A program made the translations under genes and the position numbers. DNA of 64,000 nucleotides from an uncultured Actinomycetota bacterium (GTDB lineage Bacteria > Actinomycetota > Actinomycetes > Mycobacteriales > SCTD01), in the NCBI GenBank assembly GCA_963844295.1, contig CAWJNR010000002.1:752374-816373 (forward strand), written 5' to 3'. The notes below the pieces were generated by a model that worked only from the letters and a program-made list of their open reading frames with translations, ran no database searches and was not told the origin of the DNA. Below are positions 22,033 through 34,275 of the stretch, piece after piece; within the stretch, counting starts at the first letter, position 1; each line of letters begins with the position of its first letter.

Positions 22033-22059
22033 CCAGCCTGCCACCGGAGCGCACGACGC

Positions 22060-22086
22060 CTTGCACTCGGCAGGGTCGAGTGCTAA
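22060..22086 (+). promoter_or_regulatory. CIRCE element 1 (HrcA operator)
   Basis: CTTGCACTC-N9-GAGTGCTAA. Confidence 0.92.
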
Positions 22087-23829
<1,743 letters not shown>

Positions 23830-23856
23830 TCCGTCCCGCACGCCCGCACGTCCCGA

Positions 23857-23889
23857 CGGGGCGGTCCCTCCACGCGGAGGGCCGCCCCG
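23857..23889 (+). terminator. GC-rich hairpin after groEL
   Basis: CGGGGCGGTCCCTCC-ACGC-GGAGGGCCGCCCCG. Confidence 0.7.
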
Positions 23890-24013
23890 GCGGCGTTCCG
23901 CAGACCGGCCAGCGGCTCGGCTGGTGGCGGGTCCGCTGATCGACGTCTGGTCCGCTCACTGCGGCAGGAGCCCGATCGGGATCGCGCGCGGCTGGATCGG
24001 GCAGGAGGCGGAG

Positions 24014-24790
24014 GTGCACACCTTGCGGACCGGTTCTGGTCGTCCCCTCGTCCTCGTCCCCGGTGTCGGCGCCGACGCCGGCACCTGGAGCCCTGTGCTC
24101 GCCGGGCTCGAGGCCCGGCGGGAGGTCGTGCGGATCGATCTGCCCGGCTTCGGGCAGACCCCGCTGCCTCCCGGCGACTACACGCTCGCCGCCGTCGCCG
24201 ACGCGCTCGAAGCGCACCTGCGGGCCCAGGACCTGGCTGCCGCCGATCTCGTGGGCAGTTCCATGGGGGCTCGCCTCGTCCTGGAGATGGCCCGCCGGGG
24301 TGTGGGCCGGAGCGTCGTCGCCTTCGATCCCGGCGGCTTCTGGAACCCGACGCAGAAGAAGGTCTTCGGCGCGACCCTGTCGGCGAGCGTCGCCCTCGTG
24401 CGTGGCCTCCGCCCGGCCCTGCCCGCGCTGCTCGCCACACCGGTCGGCCGGACCGCGCTCCTGGCGCAGCTGTCGGCGAGGCCGTGGGCCGTCGACGCCG
24501 ACTACGCCCTCCGCGAAGTGCGGGGTCTGGCCGAGGCATCGGGCACCAGTCCCGCGATCCGGGCGTTGTCGACCGGGCCGGACCAGGCGGGCGCGCCCGC
24601 CGGGTCGCTCCCCGGACCGGTGCTGGCGGTGTGGGGCGCGCAGGACCGCGTCACGCTGCCCGGCCAGGCGAGCACGCTGCAGCAGCGCTTCCCGGACGCC
24701 GCCGTCGAGGTGTGGAGGGCCTGTGGCCACTTCCCGCACTGGGACCAGCCCGCCCGCGTGGTCCAGACCGTCCTGCGCCACACCGCGTAG
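24014..24790 (+). CDS. alpha/beta hydrolase
   Basis: DLPGFG, GSSMG, WGAQD, CGHFPHWD. Confidence 0.88.
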   Translation: MHTLRTGSGRPLVLVPGVGADAGTWSPVLAGLEARREVVRIDLPGFGQTPLPPGDYTLAAVADALEAHLRAQDLAAADLVGSSMGARLVLEMARRGVGRSVVAFDPGGFWNPTQKKVFGATLSASVALVRGLRPALPALLATPVGRTALLAQLSARPWAVDADYALREVRGLAEASGTSPAIRALSTGPDQAGAPAGSLPGPVLAVWGAQDRVTLPGQASTLQQRFPDAAVEVWRACGHFPHWDQPARVVQTVLRHTA

Positions 24791-24905
24791 ACGAGGGGCA
24801 GCGCAGGCCGGCTGCCGCGGGTCTGGGTCTTGACCCGTACGCCTGCCCGCCCCCGTGCCTGCAGGCGAGCTGCGCTCGACCGGCCGGCTGTGCGAGCTTC
24901 TGCGC

Positions 24906-25838
24906 GTGCGGATCGCGGTGGTGGGTGCCGGCGTCGTCGGGCTCGCGAGCGCGCTGCGCCTGGCCGAGGCCGGGCACCGCGTCGAGGTCCTCGCCGCCGC
25001 GCCGCCCCCGCAGACGACGTCGGCCGTCGCGGCGGCGCTCTGGTACCCCTACCGCGCGCTGCCCGAGCTGGAGGTGACGCGCTGGGCCGCGGCCGGCTTC
25101 GCCGCGCTGGCCGGCCTGGAGCCGGCGGCGGGAGTGGTGATGCGGTCCGGCCGTGAGCTGTTCCGCACGACCACTCCCGACCCGTGGTGGCGCGACGCGG
25201 TCCCGGACCTGCAGCGCGTGCCCCCGCAGGAGCTGCCGCCCGGCTTCGCCGACGGACTGCGCCTCACGGCCCCGGTCGTCGACATGGGCGTGCACCTGCC
25301 CTGGCTGGTCGAGCGGCTGCGGGAGCACGCGGTCGAGGTCCGCGTCCAGCCGCTCACGACGCTCGAGCAGGCCGGTGGCGAGGTGGTCGTCGACTGCGCC
25401 GGTCTGGGTGCCCGCGAACTGACGGGGGACGCGTCCTTGCACGCCGTCCGCGGGCAGGTCGTCGTCGTCGAGCAGATCGGGCTGACCGAGTGGACGCTCG
25501 CCCAGGACGACCCGACGGCGCTGACCTACGTCGTGCCTCGGGGGAGCACCGTCGTGCTCGGCGGCGTGGCGGAGGAGGGCAGCGAGGAGCTGGCCCCCGA
25601 CCCGGCCACCGCGCAGGCGGTGCTGGCCCGCTGCACCGCGCTGGTCCCGGAGCTCGGGCGCGCCCGGATCGTCGCGCACAGGGTCGGGCTGCGCCCCGCC
25701 CGGCCGGCGGTGCGGCTGGAGGCCGGCCGCCTCGCCGACGGCCGCCGGGTCGTGCACGACTACGGCCACGGCGGTGCCGGAGTCACGTTGGCGTACGGCT
25801 GCGCGCTCGACGTCGTCGCCCTGGTCGAGGGCGGCTGA
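24906..25838 (+). CDS. FAD-dependent D-amino acid oxidase family
   Basis: VVGAGVVG, TTSAVAA, VRGQ, GLRP.R, YGHGGAG. Confidence 0.88.
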   Translation: MRIAVVGAGVVGLASALRLAEAGHRVEVLAAAPPPQTTSAVAAALWYPYRALPELEVTRWAAAGFAALAGLEPAAGVVMRSGRELFRTTTPDPWWRDAVPDLQRVPPQELPPGFADGLRLTAPVVDMGVHLPWLVERLREHAVEVRVQPLTTLEQAGGEVVVDCAGLGARELTGDASLHAVRGQVVVVEQIGLTEWTLAQDDPTALTYVVPRGSTVVLGGVAEEGSEELAPDPATAQAVLARCTALVPELGRARIVAHRVGLRPARPAVRLEAGRLADGRRVVHDYGHGGAGVTLAYGCALDVVALVEGG

Positions 25839-25892
25839 CCGGCCTCTGCGATCCTGCGTCGGACACCACCGAGCCCCAGGAGGACCCCCCGC

Positions 25893-26372
25893 ATGGCCAC
25901 GAACGGCGAGAAGGCGTACGAGCTGCACCAGGCGGCGATCGGGCAGACCGAGGGCAGCGGCGACTGGCTCGAGATCACGCAGGAGCGGATCGACGCGTTC
26001 GCGGACGTGACCGAGGACCACCAGTTCATCCACGTCGACCCCGAGGCGTGCACGACGATGTCGCCGTGGGGCGTGCCGATCGCGCACGGCTTCCTCACGC
26101 TGTCGCTGCTCACCAAGCTGTCCGAGACCGTCCCGACCCCGGCCGAGCGGCTCGAGGGCATCGTCATGGGCGTCAACTACGGCTTCGACAAGGTCCGCTT
26201 CGTCAACCCGGTCAAGGTCGGCTCGAAGATCCGCGCGACCAGCGTCCTCACCGGCGTCGAGGCCAAGGACCCCAGCACGTTGCAGGTCACCAAGACCCTC
26301 ACGGTCGAGATCGAGGGCGAGTCCAAGCCGGCGCTGGTCGCCGACTGGGTCACCCGCCTCGTGTACGGCTGA
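25893..26372 (+). CDS. MaoC family dehydratase
   Basis: FADVTEDHQFIHVD, IAHGFLTL, VNYGFDKVRF. Confidence 0.9.
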   Translation: MATNGEKAYELHQAAIGQTEGSGDWLEITQERIDAFADVTEDHQFIHVDPEACTTMSPWGVPIAHGFLTLSLLTKLSETVPTPAERLEGIVMGVNYGFDKVRFVNPVKVGSKIRATSVLTGVEAKDPSTLQVTKTLTVEIEGESKPALVADWVTRLVYG

Positions 26373-26374
26373 CC

Positions 26375-27266
26375 GTGCTCCTGCCCGGACCGGTCGGGAT
26401 CTGGACGGCCGCCCTCGACGCGCTCGAGGTCCCGGCCGCCCAGGAGCAGGTCGCCGCGCTCGACGACCAGGGCTGGGACGCCCTGTGGTTCGGCGAGGCG
26501 TACGGCCGCGAGGCCTTCACGGCCGCGTCGCTCTACCTGGCGGCCAGCCGCCGGATGGCGGTCGCGACGGGGATCGCCAGCATCTACGGGCGGGACGCGG
26601 TCTCGGCCAACGCCGGTGCGCGCACGCTGGAGGCCGCCTTCCCCGGCCGGTTCGTGCTCGGGCTGGGCGTGAGCCACGCGCCGCTGGTCGAGCGCATGCG
26701 CGGGCACTCCTACGGCAAGCCGGTCGCCGCCATGCGCGAGTTCCTCGACGCGATGGACGCCGCGCCCTACCTCGCCGCCGGCGGGCAGACCGCCCCGCCG
26801 CGGGTGGTGGCGGCGCTGGGGCCGAAGATGCTCGAGCTGTCGCGCGACCGGGCGCAGGGCGCCCACCCGTACCTCACGACGCCGGAGCACACGGCGTCGG
26901 CGCGTGCAGTCCTGGGCGAGGGCCCGCTGCTGGCCGTCGAGCAGGCGGTCGTGCTGTCCGACGACCGCGACGAGGTGCGCCGGCGCGCGCACTGGCACCT
27001 GGAGATCTACACCGGCCTGCCGAACTACCGGAACAGCTGGTACCGGCAGGGCTTCACGGAGCAGGACGCGGTGCGCGGCGGCAGCGACCGGCTCAAGGAC
27101 GCGCTCGTCGTCGGGGGCGAGCGAGCGGTCCTCGAGCGGGTGCAGGCGCACCTCGACGCCGGGGCCGACCACGTCTGCCTGCAGGTGCTCGGCCCGGACG
27201 CGTCCACGCCGCCCGTGGAGGACTGGGCGCGACTGGCGCCGGCGGTGGTGGGGCTCAGGCCGCTGA
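26375..27266 (+). CDS. LLM-class F420-dependent oxidoreductase (TIGR03620-like)
   Basis: ATGIASIY.RD, LGLGVSH, AALGPKML, GAHPY, AGADHV; end inferred by correcting one base near 27260 (as read it runs to 27499). Confidence 0.85.
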
Positions 27267-27831
27267 GGTCGTCGAGCAGGCGGGCGAGCGGCCGGACGGC
27301 GGCGGCCAGCGGGTCCTCGACCCCCTCGGCGACGGCGGTGAGCACGAGCCCGTCCAGCGCGGCCAGCAGCAGCCGGCAGCCGGAGGGGGAGACCGGATGG
27401 CCGCAGCGCTCGAGCGCCTGCCGGATCAGGCTGCGCAGCTCGGCGTTGCCGGCCACGACCTGCTCGCGCAGGGCCGGCACGCGCGCTGCCTGGACGTAGC
27501 GCTCGTAGAAGGTCGCGAGCCCGGCGGACGTCGGTGCCGGGCCGAGGACCACCCGGGTGAGGGCGCGCACCGCGGCGGCGGAGCTGGTCCGCCGCTCCGG
27601 GATCCTCCGCACCGCCGCGCGGGCCTGCTCGAGCCAGCCCTCCGCCAGCTCCTGCGCCGCAGCGAGCGACAGGGCCTCTGCCGTCGGGAAGTAGTGCGTG
27701 GTGCTGGCCAGCGGCACTCCGGACCGGGCCGAGAGCGCGCGGTGGGTGAGCGCGTCGAAGCCCTCGTCGAGCAGCAGGGCCGCGGCCGCCGTGCGCAGCT
27801 CGGCCAGCCGCCGCTCACCGCGGACGTTCAC
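27255..27831 (-). CDS. TetR family regulator
   Basis: EGFDALTHRALSARSGVPLASTTHYF helix-turn-helix; end inferred from the same single-base correction. Confidence 0.85.
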
Positions 27832-28160
27832 GCAGCGCCACCCCCGACCCGCAGGCCGACGACCCCGAGCACGATGAGCGCGATCGAGCCCAGGCGCAGC
27901 GGGGTGGCGGCGTCGCCGAGCAGGGCGACGCCGAGCAGCGCGGTGCCGGCGGCGCCGATGCCGGTCCAGACGGCGTACGCCGTGCCGACGGGCAGGTCGC
28001 GCAGCGCAGTGGCCAGCAGGCCGAAGCTCAGGACCGCGAAGAAGACGAAAGCAGCAGACGCACGGACGTTCGAGAAGCCGTCAGACGCCTTCAGGCACAG
28101 CGCCATGCCCACCTCGAACAGCCCTGCCAGCACGAGCAGCACCCAGGCCACGTCCACCAC
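27828..28160 (-). CDS. SMR/DMT small multidrug efflux transporter
   Basis: AGLFEV...LK.SDGF, LPVGTAYAVWTGIG. Confidence 0.9.
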   Translation of the reverse strand: MVDVAWVLLVLAGLFEVGMALCLKASDGFSNVRASAAFVFFAVLSFGLLATALRDLPVGTAYAVWTGIGAAGTALLGVALLGDAATPLRLGSIALIVLGVVGLRVGGGAA

Positions 28161-28163
28161 CTC

Positions 28164-28191
28164 CAGAAGTCGAACGAACGTACCACTTCTG
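28164..28191. promoter_or_regulatory. 28-bp imperfect palindrome, likely TetR operator
   Basis: CAGAAGT-CGAACGAACGTACC-ACTTCTG directly upstream of the SMR-TetR operon. Confidence 0.65.
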
Positions 28192-28194
28192 AGG

Positions 28195-28530
28195 TCAGGA
28201 CCGGAGCGCCCCCACAGCCGCGACCGGCAGGCCCGTGCGGTGGCAGGTCCAGAACGGGTCGGGGCCGAGGTCCGGCTCCACGAACAGCGCGTGCCGCTCG
28301 CGCTCCGGGCACGTCGGCTCGGTGCACAGCGGCCACAGCGGGTCCAGCGCGTGCACCGCCTCCTGGACGTCCTGGGCGACCAGCCCGAGGACGTGGGGCG
28401 CGCCGTCCTCCCACTGCGACAGCCACCAGGCGCGCTGCGTCAGGGCGTCCTGCAGCGCCGCCTCCCACAGCGGGGAGGCGAGGTCGCGCCGCAGGGCCGC
28501 ACGGGCCGCGTCCAGCGCGGGGTGCGGCAC
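28195..28530 (-). CDS. hypothetical protein with Cys/His cluster
   Basis: WPLCTEPTCPERERH...WTCH; begins 2 nt after the XPB stop. Confidence 0.65.
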   Translation of the reverse strand: MPHPALDAARAALRRDLASPLWEAALQDALTQRAWWLSQWEDGAPHVLGLVAQDVQEAVHALDPLWPLCTEPTCPERERHALFVEPDLGPDPFWTCHRTGLPVAAVGALRS

Positions 28531-28532
28531 GC

Positions 28533-30179
28533 TCAGCCCTGCAGCACGTCGTCGGCGTCGACGATCGTGTACGCGTAGCCCTGCTCGGCGAGGAAGCGCT
28601 GCCGGTGCGCGGCGTACTCCTGGTCGAGGGTGTCGCGGCTGACGACGCTGTAGAAGTGCGCGGTCCGGCCGTCCTCCTTCGGGCGCAGGACGCGGCCGAG
28701 GCGCTGGGCCTCCTCCTGCCGGGAGCCGAAGGTGCCGCTGATCTGGATCGCGATGGTCGCCTCGGGCAGGTCGATGGAGAAGTTCGCGACCTTGCTGACG
28801 ACCAGGCCCGGGATCTCCTTGCGGCGGAACAGGTCGAACAGCCGCTCGCGCTCGGCGTTCTTGGTGGAGCCCTGGATGACCGGCATGTCGAGCGCCACGC
28901 CGACCTCCTCGAGCTGGTCGAGGTAGGCGCCGATGACGAGCACCTGGTCGTCGTGCCGCTCGGCCAGCTTCTTGATGACGGCGATCTTCGTGTGCGCCGT
29001 GGAGGCGATCTTGTAGCGCTCCTCGGGCTCCGCGGTCGCGTACTCCAGCCGCTCGGCGTCGGTCATGGTGACCCTCACCTCGGTGCAGTCGGCGGGGGCG
29101 ATCCAGCCCTGGCTCTCGATGTCCTTCCACGGCGCGTCGAAGCGCTTGGGGCCGATGAGGCTGAAGACGTCGCCCTCGCGGCCGTCCTCGCGCACGAGCG
29201 TCGCCGTGAGCCCGAGCCGTCGTCGTGACTGCAGGTCGGCGGTCATCCGGAAGACCGGCGCGGGCAGCAGGTGCACCTCGTCGTAGACCACGAGGCCCCA
29301 GTCGCGGGCCCCGAACAGCTCGAGGTGGGCGTACTCGCCCTTCCGGCGCGTGGTCATGATCTGGTAGGTCGCGATCGTGACCGGCTTGATCTCCTTCTTC
29401 TCGCCGGAGTACTCGCCGATCTCGTCCTCGGTCAGCGTGGTGCGCTTGAGCAGCTCGCTCTTCCACTGCCGGCCGCTCACGGTGTTGGTGACCAGGATGA
29501 GCGTCGTCGCGCCGGCGCGGGCCATCGCCGCCGCTCCGACGAGGGTCTTGCCGGCGCCGCACGGGAGGACCACCACGCCGCTGCCGCCGTGCCAGAAGCC
29601 GTCGACGGCGAGGGACTGGTAGTCGCGCAGCACCCAGCCGTCCTGCAGCAGCTCGATCGGGTGGGCCTCGCCGTCGACGTAGCCGGCCAGGTCCTCCGCG
29701 GGCCAGCCGACCTTGAGCAGCGCCTGCTTGAGCCGGCCGCGCTCGGACGGGAAGGCGAGCGCGGTCTCGGGGTCCAGCCGCGCGCCCAGCATCGGGCTGA
29801 CCTTCTTGTTGCGGACGACCTCCTCGAGCACCGCCCGGTCGGTCGTGCGCAGCACCAGCCCGTGCACCGGGTCCTGCTCCAGCCGCAGCCGCCCGTAGCG
29901 GTCCATCGTGTCGGCGACGTCGACGAGCAGCGCGTGCGGCACGGCGTACCGGCTGAAGCGGACCAGGGCGTCGACGACCTGCTCCGCGTCGTGACCGGCG
30001 GCGCGCGCGTTCCACAGGCCGAGCGGCGTGAGGCGGTAGGTGTGCACGTGCTCGGGCGAGCGCTCGAGCTCGGCGAACGGCGCGATCGCCATCCGGCACT
30101 CGGCGGCGAGCGGGTGGTCCACCTCCAGCAGGAGGGTCTTGTCGGACTGGACGATGAGCGGGCCGTCGGGGGGGTTCAC
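28533..30179 (-). CDS. DNA repair helicase XPB (Rv0861c/Ercc3-like)
   Basis: GPLIVQSDKTLLLE, LPCGAGKT, DEVH, GLTAT, QRLGRVLR. Confidence 0.95.
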   Translation of the reverse strand: MNPPDGPLIVQSDKTLLLEVDHPLAAECRMAIAPFAELERSPEHVHTYRLTPLGLWNARAAGHDAEQVVDALVRFSRYAVPHALLVDVADTMDRYGRLRLEQDPVHGLVLRTTDRAVLEEVVRNKKVSPMLGARLDPETALAFPSERGRLKQALLKVGWPAEDLAGYVDGEAHPIELLQDGWVLRDYQSLAVDGFWHGGSGVVVLPCGAGKTLVGAAAMARAGATTLILVTNTVSGRQWKSELLKRTTLTEDEIGEYSGEKKEIKPVTIATYQIMTTRRKGEYAHLELFGARDWGLVVYDEVHLLPAPVFRMTADLQSRRRLGLTATLVREDGREGDVFSLIGPKRFDAPWKDIESQGWIAPADCTEVRVTMTDAERLEYATAEPEERYKIASTAHTKIAVIKKLAERHDDQVLVIGAYLDQLEEVGVALDMPVIQGSTKNAERERLFDLFRRKEIPGLVVSKVANFSIDLPEATIAIQISGTFGSRQEEAQRLGRVLRPKEDGRTAHFYSVVSRDTLDQEYAAHRQRFLAEQGYAYTIVDADDVLQG

Positions 30180-30271
30180 CACGAGAGTGTCCAACGCCGG
30201 GCGGCCCCGGTCTGATCCCCAGGCATCCCCACCCCTGCGCTGATCATGGGGTCGTTGCCCGCGCCGCACGC

Positions 30272-31510
30272 TCAGCCGGCGGGCGACGACTCCATGACCA
30301 GCGCCGGAGAGGGGGCGGACCGGGGCGAAGGGATCTTCCCGTGCGCCGCCAGCGCCGAGGCCGGGCCGGGCCGGCCGAAGTGCCAGCCCTGGCCGAAGTC
30401 GACGCCGAGCGACAGCAGGGCCGCCGCGTCGGCAGCCGACTCGATGCCCTCGGCCACCAGCCGCGCCTGGCAGCCGTGGGCGAAGTCGACCAGCGCGCGC
30501 ACGAGCGTCGTGAGGACGGGGTCGGCGTGCACGCCGTCCACGATGCTGCGGTCCAGCTTGATGACGTCGGGGGCGGTGAGCACGATGTGCCGCAGCGAGG
30601 AGAAGCCGGCCCCGACGTCGTCGATCGCCAGCCGCATGCCCCGAGCCCGCAGGGGTGCGAGCACGGCGCCGAGCGCGACGTAGTCCTCGACCTGGTCGTG
30701 CTCCGACAGCTCCAGCACGATCCGCTCCAGCGGCAGCCGCTCGAGCAGCGCGGTGCACTCGGCCGTGAGCAGCGTGGCGGGGGAGACGTTCATGGCCACG
30801 TAGCCGGAGACGGTCGCCAGGTGCTCCGCGGCGCGCTCGAGGGCCAGCAGCTCCAGCCGGTGGCCGAGCGAGATGCTGTGCGCCTCCGCGAAGCAGACGT
30901 CCGGCGCCTTCGCCCAGTCGGCCGGGAAGCGGCTCAGCGCCTCGGCGCCCACCCGCACACCGGTCGCGAGGTCCACGATCGGCTGCAGGACGACCACTGG
31001 CCCCCCGGCCTGCACCACGGGGGCGAGCCGGCCGAGGACCTCGGCCCGGCGGGTCTTCTCGTGCACCTCGGGCTCGATGATGACCGACGCCGCCGAGGCG
31101 AGCACCTCCATGAGCGCCCGGTCCCGCTCGCCGAGCTCGGGGTCGCTGGTGAGTCCGGCCGCGCAGAAGGTGCCGTAGAGGCTCCCGTCGCTCAGCCGGA
31201 CGGGGACCGACACGAAGCTGCGGATCCGCGGGAGCCGCGCCGCGGGCAGGGCCATGGCCGCCGGGAAGGCCTTGACGTCCGGCATCACCGCGGGCAGGTC
31301 CCCGTCCAGCACCGCCTGGCAGAAGGTCGTCTCCTGGCGCTGGGTGGCGCCCTCCCGGAACAGCAGCGGCACCGACGAGTCCACCACCTCGAGGTGCTGC
31401 GTGCTCCCGTCGAGCCGGCTGAGGAAGGCGACGCTCAGCCGCAGCGACGACTTCGCCGTGCGCAGCAGGTCGGCGATCTGCTGGTCGGCCTGCGACCGCG
31501 CCTTGCCCAT
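30272..31510 (-). CDS. GAF + EAL domain protein (c-di-GMP phosphodiesterase-like)
   Basis: GAF (YGTFC), QPIV, EALSRF, NVS, ELSE, IDDVGAGFSS, IKLD, AEGIE, QGW. Confidence 0.9.
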   Translation of the reverse strand: MGKARSQADQQIADLLRTAKSSLRLSVAFLSRLDGSTQHLEVVDSSVPLLFREGATQRQETTFCQAVLDGDLPAVMPDVKAFPAAMALPAARLPRIRSFVSVPVRLSDGSLYGTFCAAGLTSDPELGERDRALMEVLASAASVIIEPEVHEKTRRAEVLGRLAPVVQAGGPVVVLQPIVDLATGVRVGAEALSRFPADWAKAPDVCFAEAHSISLGHRLELLALERAAEHLATVSGYVAMNVSPATLLTAECTALLERLPLERIVLELSEHDQVEDYVALGAVLAPLRARGMRLAIDDVGAGFSSLRHIVLTAPDVIKLDRSIVDGVHADPVLTTLVRALVDFAHGCQARLVAEGIESAADAAALLSLGVDFGQGWHFGRPGPASALAAHGKIPSPRSAPSPALVMESSPAG

Positions 31511-31609
31511 GTGCCCCCCGTCCAGCGGCGGGTGCCGGCTGTCGCGCTTGCATCGGCGCGCACGTCGCGCACCTTCACCCCACGGCGGGGTGACGCGCCC
31601 CGCGGGGGG

Positions 31610-33955
31610 TCAGGGGGTGGTGTCGTCGGCGACGTCGGCGACGCCGGTGACGCGGTGCAGGGCGAAGGTCCGGTCCTCCTGGCGCAGGTGGTCCCACGCG
31701 GTGACGAAGCCGCCCTCCACGCCGCGCGGCTCGACGACGCGCGAGGTCGCGCGGCCCTGCGCGTCGACGTAGCCCAGCCACACCTGGCGGCGCTCGCGGG
31801 CGGCCGACTGCAGGAACGCCAGCGTGTCGGCGGTGGTCGAGCGGGTCGTCGTCACCGGAGCCCGCCGGGCGGCGCGGGCCGCGAGATCACCTGCTCGCAG
31901 GGCGGTCACGGACAGCGCAGCCTGCTCAGGGCCGAGCGCGTGCTCCGCGGTGCGCTGGGGGCGGGGCCGCAGCTGGGTGCGGCGCGCCTCGGGCCGGGCG
32001 AGCAGCAGCGCGCCGTCGGGCGCCTCGGCCGCCGGGGCGTAGCCGGCCGCGCGGAGCGCCTCGAGGACGACGTCGAGCGGCGAGCTGCTGACGAGCACCG
32101 TCGGGGCGAGCCGGCGCAGCCGCAGCGGGCCGGTGCGCTTGGCGGCCAGCACCTCCGACAGGAGCGCCTCGTCGTCGCAGCGGACGTACGCGCTGGCCAC
32201 GCCGACCCGCATCCGGCCGTGCCGCCGTGCGACGTCGTCGACGAGGTACGTCAGCGACTGCGGGACGGGCGTGCGCGACCGGGTGCGGAACAGCTCGTGC
32301 AGGTCGCTCGCGCTGCGCCCGGCATCGAGCGCCCGGCGCACCGAGGTCTCGCTCACCCGGTAGACGGTCGCGCCGCCGGTGGACTCGACGTCGGCGACGA
32401 GCGCCACGGCCTGCGCCAGCGAGCGCTCGAGCGGGCCGGGGGCGACGACCGTGAGGTCGGGCTGGACGAGCACGTGGTCCAGCGGCTCGGGCAGCCGGTC
32501 GCCGAGCAGCCCCGCGGCGCTCTTCTCGTCGCCGGCGAGCAGCGCGCGGCCCGCCGCCGACAGCCCGCCCCGGCCGGTGACGCCGAGCAGCTCGGCCTCC
32601 TCCAGGGTCCAGCCGTGCACCCGGTCGCGCAGCCGGCCGCCGCGGCGGGGGGCCGACCAGACCAGACGGGCGCTCAGGCTCTCGCGCGAGGCGGCCCGAC
32701 CGGCCGGCACCTCGGCCAGCAGCTCGAGCACCCGGCGGCGCTCGGCCGGCAGCGCGGGCCGCTCGAGCTCGGGACCGAGCGGGGCCAGCACCTTGTCGCG
32801 GTCGTCGCGCTCCCCGGCCAGCGCCGCGAGTCGCGGCATCGCCAGCCACGCCTTCGCGAGTGCGGTCCAGCGCAGCTCGGGCGGGAGCGCGAGCCAGGTG
32901 TCGTAGCCGCTGGTCGGCACCCACTCGGGGTCGAGGCCGGGGGTCTGGTCGAGCAGCCCGGCCGCCGCCACGACCTCGACGAGCAGCGCGACGGCCGGCT
33001 CCGGCAGGTCGAGCTCCTTGACCACGCGCTTGAGCTCGCGCACGCCGATGCCCCCGGCGCGCAGCACCGACGGCGGGCTCGTGGCCCACAGCTCGAGCAG
33101 GCCCTCCGCCTTCGCGACCAGCTCGGCAGCGGCGTGCGCGGCGGCGTCGTCGAGGCCCGTCACCGCGGTCGTGCCGAGGGCGGGCGGCTCCGCCGACAGG
33201 CCGCCCAGCACCCGCTCGCCGCGCACGAGCACGCCCACCTCGCGCGGCAGCTCCACGGTGCTGTCGTCGACCGGCACGAGCAGCCCGCGGGCGAGCAGCC
33301 AGCGCACCGGCGACTCGGCCGTCGCCGGCGTGGCCGGCCGCATCGCGTCGCGCACCTGCCCCAGCGGGGACCCGGACGCCAGGGCCTCGAGCACCCGCCG
33401 CTCGTCCGGCCCGGCCGTGGCGACCAGCGCAGCCAGCCGGCTGGGGTCCTCGAACAGCTCGACGAGACCGCCGACGCCGTCCACGCCCAGCGCCAGCGCC
33501 ACCGGCGCGACGTCCTTCACCCGGAGTCGCGCCAGCAGGGTCGCGATCGGACGGCCGAGACCGGCCGCCGCCGGTGCGACGACGTCGCGCACGGGGCCGA
33601 CGACGCGCAGGGAGGAGCGCGGGCCCCACACCAGCGCGAGGTCCTGCAGCCGCTCGACCCCCGCACCGACCTGCTCGGCGGTGGCGGCGTCGCCGACCAG
33701 CGCCAGCAGGTCGTCGTACGCCGTCGCGGTCTCGGCGCCGGACGCCAGGACCAGGCCGTCGAGCAGGGACAGGACGAAGGCGTCGAGCTGCTCGAGCGCC
33801 CGCAGGATCGAGAGCCGGACCGCTGCCCGCGCGGCGAGCACGCCGACGTCGGACGGCACCGGGACGGCGAGGTCGGGGCGGGCGACGAGCAGCGCTGCCA
33901 GGCGGTCGTCCGGCCAGCCGCGCAGCCAGTCGGCCAGGCTGCGGGCGGCGTCCAT
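31610..33955 (-). CDS. helicase-associated (Helicase_C_3) and WYL-like domain protein (Rv0862c-like XPB partner)
   Basis: [63 protein letters not shown]. Confidence 0.9.
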   Translation of the reverse strand: MDAARSLADWLRGWPDDRLAALLVARPDLAVPVPSDVGVLAARAAVRLSILRALEQLDAFVLSLLDGLVLASGAETATAYDDLLALVGDAATAEQVGAGVERLQDLALVWGPRSSLRVVGPVRDVVAPAAAGLGRPIATLLARLRVKDVAPVALALGVDGVGGLVELFEDPSRLAALVATAGPDERRVLEALASGSPLGQVRDAMRPATPATAESPVRWLLARGLLVPVDDSTVELPREVGVLVRGERVLGGLSAEPPALGTTAVTGLDDAAAHAAAELVAKAEGLLELWATSPPSVLRAGGIGVRELKRVVKELDLPEPAVALLVEVVAAAGLLDQTPGLDPEWVPTSGYDTWLALPPELRWTALAKAWLAMPRLAALAGERDDRDKVLAPLGPELERPALPAERRRVLELLAEVPAGRAASRESLSARLVWSAPRRGGRLRDRVHGWTLEEAELLGVTGRGGLSAAGRALLAGDEKSAAGLLGDRLPEPLDHVLVQPDLTVVAPGPLERSLAQAVALVADVESTGGATVYRVSETSVRRALDAGRSASDLHELFRTRSRTPVPQSLTYLVDDVARRHGRMRVGVASAYVRCDDEALLSEVLAAKRTGPLRLRRLAPTVLVSSSPLDVVLEALRAAGYAPAAEAPDGALLLARPEARRTQLRPRPQRTAEHALGPEQAALSVTALRAGDLAARAARRAPVTTTRSTTADTLAFLQSAARERRQVWLGYVDAQGRATSRVVEPRGVEGGFVTAWDHLRQEDRTFALHRVTGVADVADDTTP

Positions 33956-34009
33956 CCGGCCAACACTAGGCGGCGGTGTCGTGCCGGGCAGGTCGGGAAG
34001 GACGGCCCC

Positions 34010-34255
34010 ATGACCAACCCGAGCGAAGACCTGCTGGCCACCACCGAGGGCGTCGACGAGGGCTCCGCGGACAGCACCGCCGAGGGCGTGACGTCGACCG
34101 AGGAGCTGACCGGCGTTCGCAACCCGATCGCCCGCGCGCTGGGTGACCCGGACCGCACCGGCATGGAGTCCGAGGCCACCCCGGCGCCGCCGGTCGACAC
34201 CGGCGTCGACGGCCCGCGCGGGCCGGGCCAGCAGCTGGAGGCCGGCGAGGGCTGA
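34010..34255 (+). CDS. small acidic hypothetical protein
   Basis: GGAAGG ribosome-binding site, GC3-biased codons, ends [11 protein letters not shown]. Confidence 0.55.
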   Translation: MTNPSEDLLATTEGVDEGSADSTAEGVTSTEELTGVRNPIARALGDPDRTGMESEATPAPPVDTGVDGPRGPGQQLEAGEG

Positions 34256-34275
34256 CCGGCCCTACTGTCGGGCCC

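Noticed and set aside
27025-27499. Apparent 475-nt antiparallel overlap of the LLM oxidoreductase and TetR genes
   Set aside because: Removing one C near 27260 (AGGCCGC to AGGCGC) restores normal stop codons for both genes at once, so this is most likely a single-base error.
28161-28200. Guanidine riboswitch upstream of the SMR transporter
   Set aside because: The leader is too short and lacks twin ACGR hairpins. The palindrome fits an operator for the co-transcribed TetR better.
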